A DNA stretch of 49,581 bases from Chlorokybus atmophyticus (GCA_009103225.1 RHPI01002119.1:439723-489303), one strand, 5' to 3'; positions 37,638-49,581 are shown, counted from the first letter of the stretch. Notes: generated by a model from the letters alone, not told the origin. Program-made: numbers and translations.

Positions 37638-39139
37638 TCAGTCTGATGCTGTTGCTTGATTTGCTGGATTACTTGGACTCTTCTTCCAGGTTTTCCATAC
37701 TTGATCCTTATACTGCGATAACGTCATGCCAGGTCGCTCTGCACGCAGGCGTGCCAACTCCGCCTCTTCAAACGACTGCAAGCGAGATATGATGTGTTAA
37801 GCAAACCCCACTACAAAGTCCTTCACAATGGCAGATCTGTCACAACACATCACATTCATGGCGACTGCACTCACTTTGTACGCTGCCTTAATCCGCTTCT
37901 CAGGATGCTTATCAGGAGTCGCTTCCGCAGCACCAGAAACTGACAGAGCAGAGAGCGCTGCATCCACACTTCGCGCTTCCACCAGTTCCTCTTCTCTGTT
38001 TATGTTGGGCTGTAGTACAATGGACTCATACTCCTGGCAGAACACAATTGTGAAAAAATGCTCATAATACACGACTTAATGCTGGAGTAGCATGAATACT
38101 TGTCAATGGCAGCAGTTGCATGCAAAGTGCCAATAAACAGTGTCTTCGCAAACAGCGCACCTCTTCGTGCACAGTGCGTGCGCGAGCCTTAGCGAGTTCC
38201 TCGGCCTCAGCCACCTGCTGCTTGCGCAGCCTCTCCTGCTGCAAAGCAAGCTCTGCTGCTGTGACCTTCTTGATTGGTGATGGAGCCTTTTTGGTTGGTG
38301 CCCGTTTGCCATAGTTCTCAAGCTCTTTGGCTTCCTGCAATAGCTTGGCTTGAGTTTGCGTGTGGCTCACAGCACGTGAAACACCAGTGCATGCCACTAC
38401 TTAACAACGTTACATGTCAGCCCCTATACATGTGAAGTGGTCTGTACGCAAGGGTGCTTGCCTTGACAATCAAAAATGCACTAGGGTGACTAACTGACGT
38501 ATACATGTACACGCATGACATAACCCCTTACTTGGTCGGCAAGTGCCTTAGCCTCAGCTTTTTTGGCCGCGGTTTCAGCTTTTTTAGCCGCTTCTTCCTG
38601 CTTTTTCAACTGAGCCTTGGATTTTGTCCCCTCCGCAGCCGCCCATACCGCATCTTCCTTTTGCTTTTCAGCTAGCGCTTTCTTCTCAGCCTCTGCAGTT
38701 TCCTGCGAGATGAAACCTACCTTTCATGCTGTGCCCCAACAAGCACGCATAATGTGGAAGCATGCACTGAGCACAGCATGCAAACCGCTCACGCTAGAAA
38801 CCAGCTCTTGAAGCATCACCTCGCACATGCTGCTTGCTTGCGAGCGGGTCATGTACGGGGGTTTGGACTACCCGTGTGCAGAATGCGTAGCAGGGCAAAA
38901 GAACCCCAATTGTTTAAGAGCGAAACAACAACAGCTATTCTAATTGTGATAAAGCCCCACATGCTCATGGTAAACGAGGACCATGTCCTTCTACCGACAG
39001 CCTTGTGCAAACTGCACACGTAAACTCCTCCGCAGCAGCATGCAACGCTAAGCTACCAACCAGTTCTGACACAAACACCAACCTTCCTCTCGCGGGCCGC
39101 CTCTGCCTTGCTATTCGCAGGGACCTTCTTGGGCGGCAT
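37638..39139 (-). CDS. CCDC124: CCDC124/Lso2/Oxs1 family (DUF1014) ribosome-binding protein
   Basis: MPPKKVPANSKAEAARERK, KEDAVW, NINREEELVEARSVDAALSALSV, DKHPEKRIKAAYK, LRAERPGMTLSQYKDQVWKTWKKSPSNPANQ. Confidence 0.9.
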
Positions 39140-39523
39140 GCTGACGGAGCCCACAGCAAACACACGTACCACCTAGTCCAAATCCTTGCCAACCACTTCC
39201 CTCAACACCTCGAGTTTCCAGCCCTCCTCCTCGCCCTCCTCCTGTTGGTCCTCCTGCTCCTCCTTCTCGGCCGCCGCCGCTCCCCAACCTAACCCTAGCT
39301 GCCACGTATCCAAGCTACGTGTGAGCATCTGATTGCTTGCGAGCATTCACTGCCTTAACGGGGCTGGCAGCCAACCTCAACGCTTACATTTTGGTTTCTA
39401 TAGCCCACACGTTAAGCCACTGAATGCGCCACGTTAAGTTGCTCACTGTTGCAGCACTTTGGTGCTTATCCGCTAGCCACTGTTGCTGGCGCTACGGTTG
39501 CCAGCTGGCAGGGCGCTATTGGC

Positions 39524-41773
39524 ATGGCGGCGGCGGCGGTGGTGGCGTTGCCGACGCCTGGCGTTGGCGTGGCACGCCTCCAGCGCCATGCCGACGTTGA
39601 CGTTGCGCCTCGTCGGCCTGGGTTCGTTGCTGGCAGCAGGGTGAAGGTGGCCACAAGGAGGCAACAATGGCAGCACGCATGGTCTTTGACCACTGGGGTG
39701 AGGGTGTCGGCCTCTGCGAATGCCAGCCAGCGGGTTGATGACACCGCCGCCGACAAGGCGTCCAAGGGGCTTCTGCAGGCGCTGCTGTTCGACTGCGATG
39801 GCGTCCTTGTGGACACAGAGCGTGACGGCCATAGAGTTTCTTTCAACCAAGCGTTTGCTGAGGTAGGCCGCCAAGCCCTTAGTGAGTTGCTCCTTGCATT
39901 ATGAATACAGATTGGGTGCATCTTTATCTTCGTCGCCTAGCAAGCATGCGCGAGGCAACAGCAGCTTCGCCGGCATTCACATTCGCGCATCACATCATCA
40001 GCAATGCAGCATCGTTTGCACACAGCCAAGAGAATGGTATACGCATTTGCGCTCCAATCAGCAAACGGTGGTGCTGCGGACGCAATTCTTGCACAACTCA
40101 TAGCTCATGTACAAGCACATGTGTGAGATGCCAGTACTATACCCAACGCACACCTTCAGCATCTCAACGCTCGTCGTTGGTTTGGCAATCTTTGCTCCGC
40201 TGGCCCACCTTGTGTACCAATTTTGAGTAACGGGCTGCGCATGCAGAAAGGTCTAGAAACAGAGTGGGGAGTTGAGCTGTACGGTGACTTGTTGAAGATC
40301 GGTGGAGGCAAGGAGAGGTAACGGGTTTTGCCATCAATGTAGTTAAGTGCTGCTGTTGCAGTAGAGTGGCTTGTAGGGAGTTACCAAGCACAGAAAGGTT
40401 CTTGGCGATTAGGTGATGCAACTACTGTGCTTGCAGTTGTCTTATGAGCTGACAAGTAGCAACTACTGTGCAGGATGACGCACTTTTTCAACAAAGTTGG
40501 GTGGCCATCAAAGGCGGGTGAGACAGATGAGCAGCGACAGGCATTCGTAGCGGGCCTGCACAAGCTGAAGACACAGCTTTTCATGGACCTCATTGAGAAT
40601 CGCGCGCTGGCACTGCGACCTGGTGTTGCAAGGCAAGCTTTACATGACTGTGGTTGTTTTACTAAGTGCAGACTGTTTGCAAGTTGTAATGTCACTTGTG
40701 GTTGCAGACTGAGAGTTCTAAATGGCCAGTTTGGTAGAGTATCATTCAGATATGTCGGTTGGCTGTAATTTTGTGCAGTCATGCAACAACGATGAGCACA
40801 AGCTGGGTTTTTGACTTCGGGCTGCTGATACAGTGGTCTTTGCGCGGTTCAGTGCAGGCTGATAGATGAAGCCATAACTGCTGGTGTTCCAGTAGCTGTG
40901 TGCAGCACCTCAAATGAAAAAGCGGTACTAACGCTGTTCAATTGCTCGTCGCAGCAGTTTCAGTCTTCCTTTTCGTGCTTCACTAAATGGCGGCCCGGCA
41001 GGTGGGTGCCATTGTGCGGGAGCTGCTCGGCTCAGCACGGGCAGATGTGATGCAGATATTCGCAGGGGATGTCGTCCCAAAGAAGAAGCCTGATCCGGTA
41101 CGTTGAAGTACCACTTACTATTGGTGTATGCAATTGCTTGTCAAACGTTGCTGACTGTGTAACCTCCCACAGAGCGTGTAACAGACTAACCAAGCTGATT
41201 TCGCAGGCCATTTACAATCTGGCAGCAGAAAAACTAAGCGTTGACCCCTCCAGGTTTGCTGCACAGCGTGCATTGCATTCCTGCGTGCTGCATCCCATTG
41301 CACCTCAACTTCTAATACCTGCATCGACATTGGTATCCTGCTTTGTTTTCATCTGTTTGCGCTCGACACCTGTGCGAGCTCCTTGCTGCGTGTGCTCTGT
41401 CATTTGACGGTGTTTACAATTTTTCGGGGGGTGGGTGGGGGGTGGGGATAATATCCATATTGAATGGTGAACTACTCAGGTGTGTAGTGATTGAGGACAG
41501 CGAGATTGGGCTGAAGGCTGCCAAAGCTGCTGGCATGACGTGCATCATCACCAAAAGCGGGTATGTCTGCTCGAGGCAGGATGTTTTTGTGCTCGTTGTG
41601 ACCACTATTGGCCAACACTCGGCAATTGTGGTTTTGCGCGCAGGTACACAGGCGAGGAGAACTTCGAGAGTGCCGATGCAGTGTTTGACTGCATAGGTGA
41701 CGGGCACGAAGCCAGGTTTAGCTTGTCAGGCCTTGTTCATTTTCTTGAGGCAAGTGCTGCGGCAACCTCGTAA
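39524..41773 (+). CDS. CBBY: CbbY-like HAD hydrolase (xylulose-1,5-bisphosphate phosphatase family) with chloroplast transit peptide
   Basis: LLFDCDGVLVDTERDGHRVSFN, LLKIGGGKER|M, LRPGVAR|LIDEA, AVCSTSNEKA, FAGDVVPKKKPDP, VIEDSEIGLKAAKAAGM; Ala/Arg/Val-rich N-terminus. Confidence 0.93.
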
Positions 41774-42467
41774 GTGCGCGGCAACTGAAATTACTGTGTC
41801 TGTTGCACTGGACCACTGGTAGGGCAGCGACCTCCAATCAGTCAACTGCAGAAGAATGTCGCACTAATCAACCGCAGTACAAATACTACGACAGTCAAAC
41901 TCTGCAGCAAGAAAATGGTATTGCCATCTGCAGTGCTTGACATTGCCATTACACTATGGTGTAGCTGTACCTGAAGCATGTCCATGCACGCTCACAGTGC
42001 CAACAGCCGTATTCACTTGCTTTGCCAAAGCCAAGCACATTTACTGAAGCTGTCCTTGTGCTTAGACACAAACACGATATGTGCAAGCGCACTGAGTGAC
42101 TAGTCTTTACGTATGTACATGTGAGTCCAGTGAACAACTTCATGTGGAACATTTGAGCTCGAATGTGCATGTCCCGCTGATTGAATCATTGACATTGACC
42201 CTGACAAGTCATATGGCGTCCTGTACTAGGGAGAACAGTGCACGTGCTTTCAACTGGTCGTGCGGGCACGCTTGCCTTTGCAACAATAAGTGTGTGGATG
42301 AGCTGCAACTGTAACCTGCCTCACCTTGCATCAAACCCCTCTCCCCGGTAGAAACTGTCATGCAATCATAATCAAAGCGTCTACATATTGATACATCATT
42401 CCTCCGTGTGGGCCACCTTACTTCACAATGCATACAAACCTATGCATGGCCTAAGCTCCCTCGCTCG

Positions 42468-43379
42468 TCATGTCAACCCGACAAACTTATCGACGGCGGC
42501 TGCATCCTGACACTGCGCGTCATCTAGCCTGTCCCGCGGGCCCTCTTTGCTCCACCGCAGCAGCGTGGGCACACAGACCACATTCAACCTGACAAGCATG
42601 TACACGCATCAATCAGCCTGCTGATGGCACACAGCAACTCGCAACACCACCTTCCATACCTCTTGTCGATGCGCAGGGGGAAAGCGGGCTTGCGCCACGC
42701 CTCGCGCGTGCCCACGTCGCAGCGCAGCACTGTCGTGTGCGACAGACGTGCGAAGGCGGCCTCCAAGATTGGCAGCGCCCTGTGGCAGTCTGCGCATGTG
42801 CATGGGGGATCAGTGTGTGCACAGTGTCATGCCACATACCCTCATTGCATACTTACACGCGTGCGTGCCAACGTGTGTATGCGCTGCATGTGTGCACGCA
42901 GTGCCATGTCACTGGCTCTTAAGGTAGTAACTGTTTTCATGGCTTTCTGTATATGTGGCTTATCGTCGGCGGCAATGCCCAGCTCTTGCACATTCCTCCA
43001 CGGGTCCACTTGTATAATGGATGTATTCGTTCGTGCACTTCGCTCATTCTGGCTTACTTGGGGCTCGTTCTTACCCTGTTTTCATTAACTCACTCTGCCT
43101 TACTGCTTTACCCTAATTATGCACTCGTACACGTTCACTTATTATCAAGCCTTCAGTCGCTCATGCACTCACTGAGTCAGTGACACTCATTCACCTCCAC
43201 TAACGCATACAATGCATGCACTCATGAAGTCATCCGTTCACCCATCCATGCACTGCACCTGGGCACCAATTGGCGTAGAACAGCGCGTACAGGCGTTCGT
43301 CCTCCGGCAGTGCCGCCTGCCGCTTCTCCGCCGCCTCGTAGAAACCCTCCACCGCCGCGTCCACGTACGCGCTAGGCAT
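42468..43379 (-). CDS. TRP14/Clot-type thioredoxin-like protein (DUF953), 3 coding exons
   Basis: Spliced ...LFYANWCP|DCHRALPILE...LRCDVGTREAWRKPAFPLRIDKR|LNVVCVPTLLRW, giving the WCPDC active site. This gene is not represented as a single ORF in the track. Confidence 0.88.
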
Positions 43380-43483
43380 GCCGCCCCGCACGTAGCCTGG
43401 GAAAAAGGTCTGAAAGAAAACAGTAAAGGGTCACGTACTTTAAAAGGATCTATACTTGCAACGAGATGTTTTGCCACATCGGG

Positions 43484-43565
43484 GCAGTCGTGTCCGAGTG
43501 GTTAAGGAGATTGACTAGAAATCAATTGGGATCTTCCCGCGCAGGTTCGAGTCCTGCCGACTGCG
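43484..43565 (+). tRNA. tRNA-Ser (anticodon AGA), intronless
   Basis: GCAGTCG/CGACTGC acceptor stem, A-box GTCCGAGTGGTTAAGG, anticodon arm ATTGA-CTAGAAA-TCAAT, long variable arm, B-box GGTTCGAGTCC, downstream T4/T5 terminators. Confidence 0.97.
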
Positions 43566-43685
43566 CTTACGAATGCACCCGTCTCTTTTCCCATTTTTCC
43601 ATCTGTGCCAATCGTCGTTCTCCAACACACAGGCCTCTCGGTTGTGTCCACTGCAAGCAACAGCAGCGATGTAAGTGCGGGCGGC

Positions 43686-46641
43686 ATGGTACTGTGGCGG
43701 CGCTGTCTGCCGGAGGCTTACAGGCTTGACGATGGCGGCGAGGAGGAGCGCTACCTTGCCGCCCTGGCAAACTTTCTGCGGCGCTACCAGTGGCTGTACC
43801 GCCTGCATGTTGTGGACTTCTTCAGAGTAAGTAGCGACGGCAATACAATTGCATGAATAACTGCTGCTCGTTGTATGGATGTTGGGCAGCTATTCGAACT
43901 GATAGTGTAGTAGCTTCTTCTTTCCTCCCTCCTTTCTCTCATTCCACAGTATAGCCATGCCTGTTTTTTAAAACAGAGCTAGCAATCCACTTGTCTGCAT
44001 TGCATGTGCCGAGTACGGCAACCCACAACTACCACAAAAACAACCTCTTGCATTGCTTGTTCGCACACAAACAGCTCCCAATGACTGTATGAATCCATGG
44101 CTACTGAGTTGCTTGCATGTAGGCAACGGAATCAATGAGTGTTGTTTACACACCCTATTACACTGGCAGGAACGACAATGGGAGCAGTTAGACCCCTCAT
44201 GGGCCGACGCCATGCGTGCGATGAGCATGGACGAGCAGCTCCACATGCCGTCTGGCTTCACGCAGGTGCGTGGACTTCCCCCCCATGAATGAACTCAATT
44301 ACTGACACTCACACGCATGCTGCCCCGCAGCCACACTGGCCGGAGTCCCTCAACGCCCTCTTACAAGAAGCGCAGGACTTGTCGATCATTAAACAACCAA
44401 TGCAGGTATGTGCTGGACTGGTGCACGTGCGCGTGCGCGTGCGCGTGGGTGTGTAGGCAGAGTAGCAGAGATGGTTCGTGAATTTGTGGGTGCGTGCATG
44501 CATGGTTTGGTTGTGGGTATGCAGCAGCTGCCACAGCAGTAGTTTATACATACTTGTTATAGGACGGCAGCGAATGGTGGGCAGCAAAGCCTCAATCCCT
44601 CAGCACAGTCGCTTCACGCGGGATGTCCCCCAAAAAACAACACGAGGTACAACCTCTCCTCCTGCATACCACACCCACAAACCCCACCACAAACCCCTCT
44701 CCAAACAGGTCTCCATGATGGCCGTCCTCGCCGCCAACGTGGCCCGCAAAGCTCATACTACCACCGTCGTTGACATCGGCGCCGGGCAGGGCTATCTCTC
44801 TCAAGTTCTTGCTTTCGAACACAATCTGAGAGTGACAGCCATCGACTCCAACGATCATCACGCCAGCTCGGCTTCGGTGCGCCACGCCGCCATGAACAAA
44901 CACTATGTCAAGAAGAAGGTCGAGGGTGAGGGTGAGGAGAGGGTGGAGGCGCCGGTGATGGTGACTGGACATGTTGGGGGTGGGGAGGACAGATGTTGGG
45001 GTGATGAGGGAGTTGTGCTGGTGGGACTGCATGCTTGCGGGGATCTGTCACCTGCCATGTTAAGGTGAGGGCCATGTTGGAAAGTGTCTGTGTGTGGGAT
45101 GTGGTTGTGTGTGAGGCACGCCTCCTCTTCATGCCATGCAACTTTCTCATGCAGGATGTTTGTGCAGTCGGAAGGCGTGAGAGCGGTCGTCAACGTGGGT
45201 TGCTGCTACAATTCGATCAGGGAAGCGACCAATGACACGGATGCGGATGACTCCAGAGACAACAAAGAAGCTCAGCACGGCTTCCCCATGAGCACCGCTT
45301 GCAGGGAGCTTGGGGTCGAGCTGGGCGGCCAAGCCGGCATGCTCGCCTGTCAGGTAGGTGCGTGTGCGTGTGTTTTAGAGGCTTTGCTACCAGGTTGTGA
45401 TGGGTACATATGTTGAGACCGAGTTAACTTGATGATTCCTGGCTTTTGCAGAGTGCTGATAGGTGGAGCAGAGAGTCTCCTCAGGCTGCTGCGCTCCGAT
45501 TCCGCCATCACGCCTTCCGCGCCGCCCTCGAGCTGGTGAGGAAGCATGTTGCCATTATACGCACACTCAATCGCAGCAGCACACACGCCGACACGCACAT
45601 GCACACATAGCCACACGCCGTACCAAACCACACCCAGGTGTTAGCGGAATTGCCAGCTGATGAAAGGCTAAACCACGCCCCTCTGCGTGACTTCAAGAAG
45701 AAGAAGCACAGGCACAAGCAGCAATCCGACGGCGCTGCGGGGCCGTCTGCTAATATCAACGCGGCCGAGGAGTTTGTCCTGTACGCGCGAGAGGCTCTGC
45801 GCGCGCTCGCACCAACCTGCAGTGTGAGGGATGAGAAGCTGACGGGTGTGTGGCACACCGTCGCACCCTATGAGGTACTGAAACGCCAGATGTGAACGTG
45901 ACAAAGAACATTGCCACTATGCTACCAGCAGTCAACGTCAGTTTTATGTTGTGGGTAGTGAGAAAGTGGCATACTGGCATTGATGGTGTTACCACTAGCA
46001 CTTGTACTGCTGGTACGGGTAGAAATGCCGGTACTGCTACCAACATTCTGCAACAGTACTGACGGTTAGTAGTAGCCGTTTAGACAGCAGTCCCCGTATT
46101 GCCAGCACCAGTAATGTTGGTAGTCCTACCTATACTGGTGCTCATATCATCGGTACGGGTAGAAATGCCGGTACTGCTACCAACATTCTGCAACAGTACT
46201 GACGGTTAGTAGTAGCCGTTTAGATAGCAGTCCCTGTATTGCCAGCACCAGTAAGGTTGGTAGTCCTACCTATACTGGTGCTCATATCATCACGTGCAGT
46301 GGCAGTATCACTGGTGGTAATGGTGGTGGTTGCAGTCGTAGTTCTGTTAACAGTACCAATGCCAACCACAACCAGTACCTCAAGCATCCGTAGTCGCAAC
46401 AGCACCACCACTAACATCATCTCCAACATCATGCCCCCTTCCTCAACAGGCCCTCGTCGGCCCCTTCTGGTCCCTCCGTACGGTCCTCGCCCCCCCTCTT
46501 GAGTCTCTGATCCTCCTGGACCGGTTGATGTACCTGAGGGAGCAGCATGGTTCCAACATAGAAGCCATGCTCGTGCCGCTATTCGACCCCGCCGTCTCGC
46601 CGAGAAACGTCGCGGTTGTAGCGTGGAGGGAGTGGGGGTGA
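43686..46641 (+). CDS. METTL25/RRNAD1-like SAM-dependent methyltransferase (Methyltransf_32), multi-exon
   Basis: MSPKKQHE|V, VVDIGAGQGYLSQVL, VGLHACGDLS, VNVGCCYN, FPMS; last exon 46450-46641 LESLILLDRLMYLRE...LFDPAVSPRNVAVVA. Confidence 0.88.
46012..46291. repeat. 140-bp tandem duplication (2 copies, 3 mismatches) in the last METTL25 intron
   Basis: GGTACGGGTAGAAATGCC... starts at 46012 and 46152. Confidence 0.95.
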
Positions 46642-47077
46642 GCAGGGTGGGGGAGTATAGTTGCCAGAGGGATGCGTGCGCTTTTGGTCTTGTCACATAT
46701 ATTGACTTTAACAAGGGTCTACGTAAGTCAGGTCAATGTGATTGTGCATTGCACGTAATGCACTATGGCTGTGCGCATGTGCTGCGGGGGAGCACTGATC
46801 ACGTGCGCTCGTGCGCTCGTGCGCTCAATGGCTAATGGGAGTTCTACCATTCCGCTCGCTGATGGGGCATGTCGTGCTGCGGTCTGCTCTGCTCTCCAAG
46901 CACCACTTCTGTCAACCATCTGTATGTAACTACTTTGTTGATTCCATGCCTGATCTGCTTGAATCTGCTTGAATCTGCTTGATTGACACCTCTAGTTATA
47001 GAAGCATTGCAAATACAGTCGCACAACTCTCGACTGGGCAGGATGTCAACGCGCTGTTATGTTTGGTCGACCATGTA

Positions 47078-47267
47078 TACCAATTCCTAAACACACGTTT
47101 GCAACAATGTATGTGCACGTAGGTTTGCATGTACGAATTCCCTCTTGCTTCTTTTGTACAACAAGCACCCTCTACCAATGCCTAAACACAGGTTTGTAAC
47201 AATGTATGTGCACGTTGGTTTGCATGTACGAATTCCTTGTTGCATCTTTTGTACAACAAGCACCCTC
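47078..47267. repeat. 95-bp tandem repeat, 2 copies
   Basis: GTACGAATTC recurs at 47131 and 47226, with matching flanks. Confidence 0.9.
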
Positions 47268-47294
47268 AATCACACCGATACCACAGCAAACGCC

Positions 47295-47570
47295 ACGAGA
47301 TACTACGCCAAGAACAAAAGCACATACTGCTCTGGTGCTTTGGAAATCTAGGTTCAGGCATCATGTTTAATCTACTATTGATACTGGATGATTTTGGATT
47401 GTTTTCGAGATGTGTACATAAGAAGTTACACCTAGGATATACCGCCAAGACAAAAAAGACTCACTGCTCTGGTGGTTTAGATATCCACGTTCATACATCA
47501 TGTTCAATCTACTGTTTATACTGGCTTATTCTACATTACTTCTGAGATGTGTGCATAAGATACACCGAGG
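47295..47570. repeat. About 137-bp diverged tandem repeat, 2 copies
   Basis: CTGCTCTGGTG at 47327 and 47464; GAGATGTGTRCATAAGA at 47407 and 47544. Confidence 0.8.
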
Positions 47571-47850
47571 AAAAGGCGCAGCATGTACTTGACCAAAGAG
47601 ACACCATTTACAAACCATTAGCCAGGGTGGCCCCCAACCCTGGGCGGATGTACCACGTTATATACAGCACAATCACTATTTTGCCTAGCTATGTTGATAA
47701 TTTGTCTTGCAGCCGCAACGCTCGCCATGACAAAATGGGCAGGCTTGAGACCGGTCTTTCGGCCCTTCTTTACTTTGGCTTGCCAGAAGCCTATCGCTTT
47801 TGAACCCCTCGAGGTAATCTGTGATTCAACTATGTGGTATGAGTATCACC

Positions 47851-48086
47851 ACCCAGTAGCATGCGCGCATGGCCATGTGACATGAGTTTGCATAACTGCG
47901 TGGATGACGATAACCTACATATGTGTATATATGTGTACGTGCGTGCACGTGCGCGCATGCACACATATATACCCAGTAGCATGCGCGCATGGCCATGTGA
48001 CACGAGTGTGCATGACTGCGTGGATGACAATAAACTATATATGTGTATATATGTGTACGTGCGTGCGCGTGCGCGCATGCACACAT
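47851..48086. repeat. 120-bp tandem repeat, 2 copies
   Basis: ACCCAGTAGCATGCGCGCATGGCCATGTGACA at 47851 and 47971. Confidence 0.93.
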
Positions 48087-49259
48087 GCATGCATGTGCGC
48101 GAGGTGGGGGGTAAAAAGGTTCTTACATGCGTTGTGCATAAGTGCGTGTGGTTGTGAGTGTGTACCTCTATTTGTCCTGGTAGCGAACCGTACTCATCCT
48201 ACGCTGCAACATCGCGTGCAAGGTGTTGAAGTCATATTCGGGGACCATCTTTTACATGTTGTTGCAGATGACAATTACTATGTATAAGTGATGCTGTTTT
48301 AGCAGCCACCCTGTCATCAGGTACATATGCGCCAGCATCCTCAACTCGCACCGCACATAGATATACAAAACTTATTCTCACAGTTTACATGGGTATCACA
48401 ACAACCACTGGAAGGCAACAGTCGGAATGATTGTGGTTGCTCTAGTCAATGTTGTTTACAATCATGTCATCATTGTTATTGTGTGTATTGCCGATGCACA
48501 ATGGACCGCATCGCTAGCGACAGCAACGTTGACAACAACAACAACAACAACCCTTACCAGCACGAACCGCCGTCAATCTCCGTCACCTTTGCATGGGCAC
48601 AGTTGCACTGCCCATCTTTTGTTTAAGTGTCTCACGTCCTCGGTTGCTTAGCTCATACATCTTTCTCTCAGGGTCATCGGGCCGGAGTTTGGTAGTTACA
48701 CGGCTTGTACAAGTAATTACTACTAGTAGTGTGCGTAGCATGCATGGTGGTGTCGCCCGTGACGGGGGAACAAGAGCTTTTATCGTTTTGTGATAGTTGG
48801 AGATTGCAGGGTATTGACATTGTGAACTTTATGGTTGTCTTGGTCCAGGTGGTCGTCTATGTGGTCTGCTATGTTCAGATGAACGTAACCTATGTTTCAG
48901 GAATTAGGGGATGCATGGTGGGCAGGAATTTGACAAGCATGAGCAAGAGGCAGCGATACTTATGCTCATATATGCGATATACCGCAAAGCGCAGGCAAGA
49001 ATTGAAGCACATATACGCACACATACACACACTTACTGTATGGATGCGCTGAGGCTGTGTTGTCTCTCATCTCGGCTGCTTCTTGCCTCAGCGCCTTGCC
49101 CTTGCCTTTCACCTCATCCTGTTGCAGGCGGTCATTATCAAGGCCGAGCTCGCCAACCTGGACCCAGCGGTTCACCACAACGCAGCCCATGCGAGCCATG
49201 CCACCGCCAATACCACCGCCGCCAATAAGAAGACGTAGTTTGGAACCGCTTCGCAAGTG

Positions 49260-49488
49260 GTTACATGTTTGAATGTTTGAAGCTGTGAATGTGCGGGAGC
49301 AAGGGCAGCCCTTCGATGGTCTAGCGGACTGAACATTGCATTTATCAATTTCATCAGAGGCGCCACAAGCATANGTTACATGTTTGAATGTTTGAAGCTG
49401 TGAATGTGCGGGAGCAAGGGCAGCCCTTCGATGGTCTAGCGGACTGAACATTGCATTTATCAATTTCATCAGAGGCGCCACAAGCATA
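49260..49488. other. Identical 114-bp direct repeat separated by a single N (probable scaffold-overlap artefact)
   Basis: 49260-49373 equals 49375-49488, with N at 49374. Confidence 0.85.
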
Positions 49489-49581
49489 CCCCGCCGCCAA
49501 TGGCAAGCATGGTGTGAAACTCGAACACTTTTTGCTTGTTGCATGGGCGGGAGAGGACTAGAAAGAAGTTGACAATAAGCG

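Noticed and set aside
46220-46714. 164-aa minus-strand ORF
   Set aside because: It is antisense to the METTL25 last exon and low-complexity intron.
47051-48090. CRISPR-like array
   Set aside because: The repeats are adjacent two-copy duplications without unique spacers, in a eukaryotic context with no cas genes.
49260-49488. 114-bp perfect direct repeat
   Set aside because: Identical copies joined by a single N are typical of a scaffolding overlap artefact.

Overview
Eukaryotic, intron-rich, compact genomic DNA. Gene content (plant-type WNK, OTU4-like, POMP, DUF1640, plastid-type transit peptides, telo-boxes) points to a green alga, most plausibly an early-diverging streptophyte; this is inference. 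From left to right: the end of one LTR (1-380) inserted into the RT of a Ty3/Gypsy retrotransposon whose integrase ends in a PHD finger (frameshifted copy; PPT and 3' LTR at 3168-3580); a WNK kinase (-); an AT-rich intergenic block with a perfect 16-bp hairpin; a DUF1640/CCDC90 gene (-) head-to-head with POMP/UMP1 (+); a bacterial-type neopullulanase-like GH13 gene (-) with about 11 introns and a plastid transit-peptide-like N-terminus, head-to-head with an OTU deubiquitinase (+); an unidentified multi-exon coiled-coil gene (+); a WDR7-like WD40 gene (-); CCDC124/Lso2 (-) head-to-head with a CbbY-like HAD phosphatase (+); a TRP14/Clot thioredoxin (-) and a METTL25-like methyltransferase (+) with tRNA-Ser(AGA) between them; and a repeat-rich tail. 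The most interesting items are the PHD-finger integrase and the apparently horizontally acquired, intronised, plastid-targeted GH13. Exon structures were assembled by eye from splice signals and recalled family motifs; no database searches were run.
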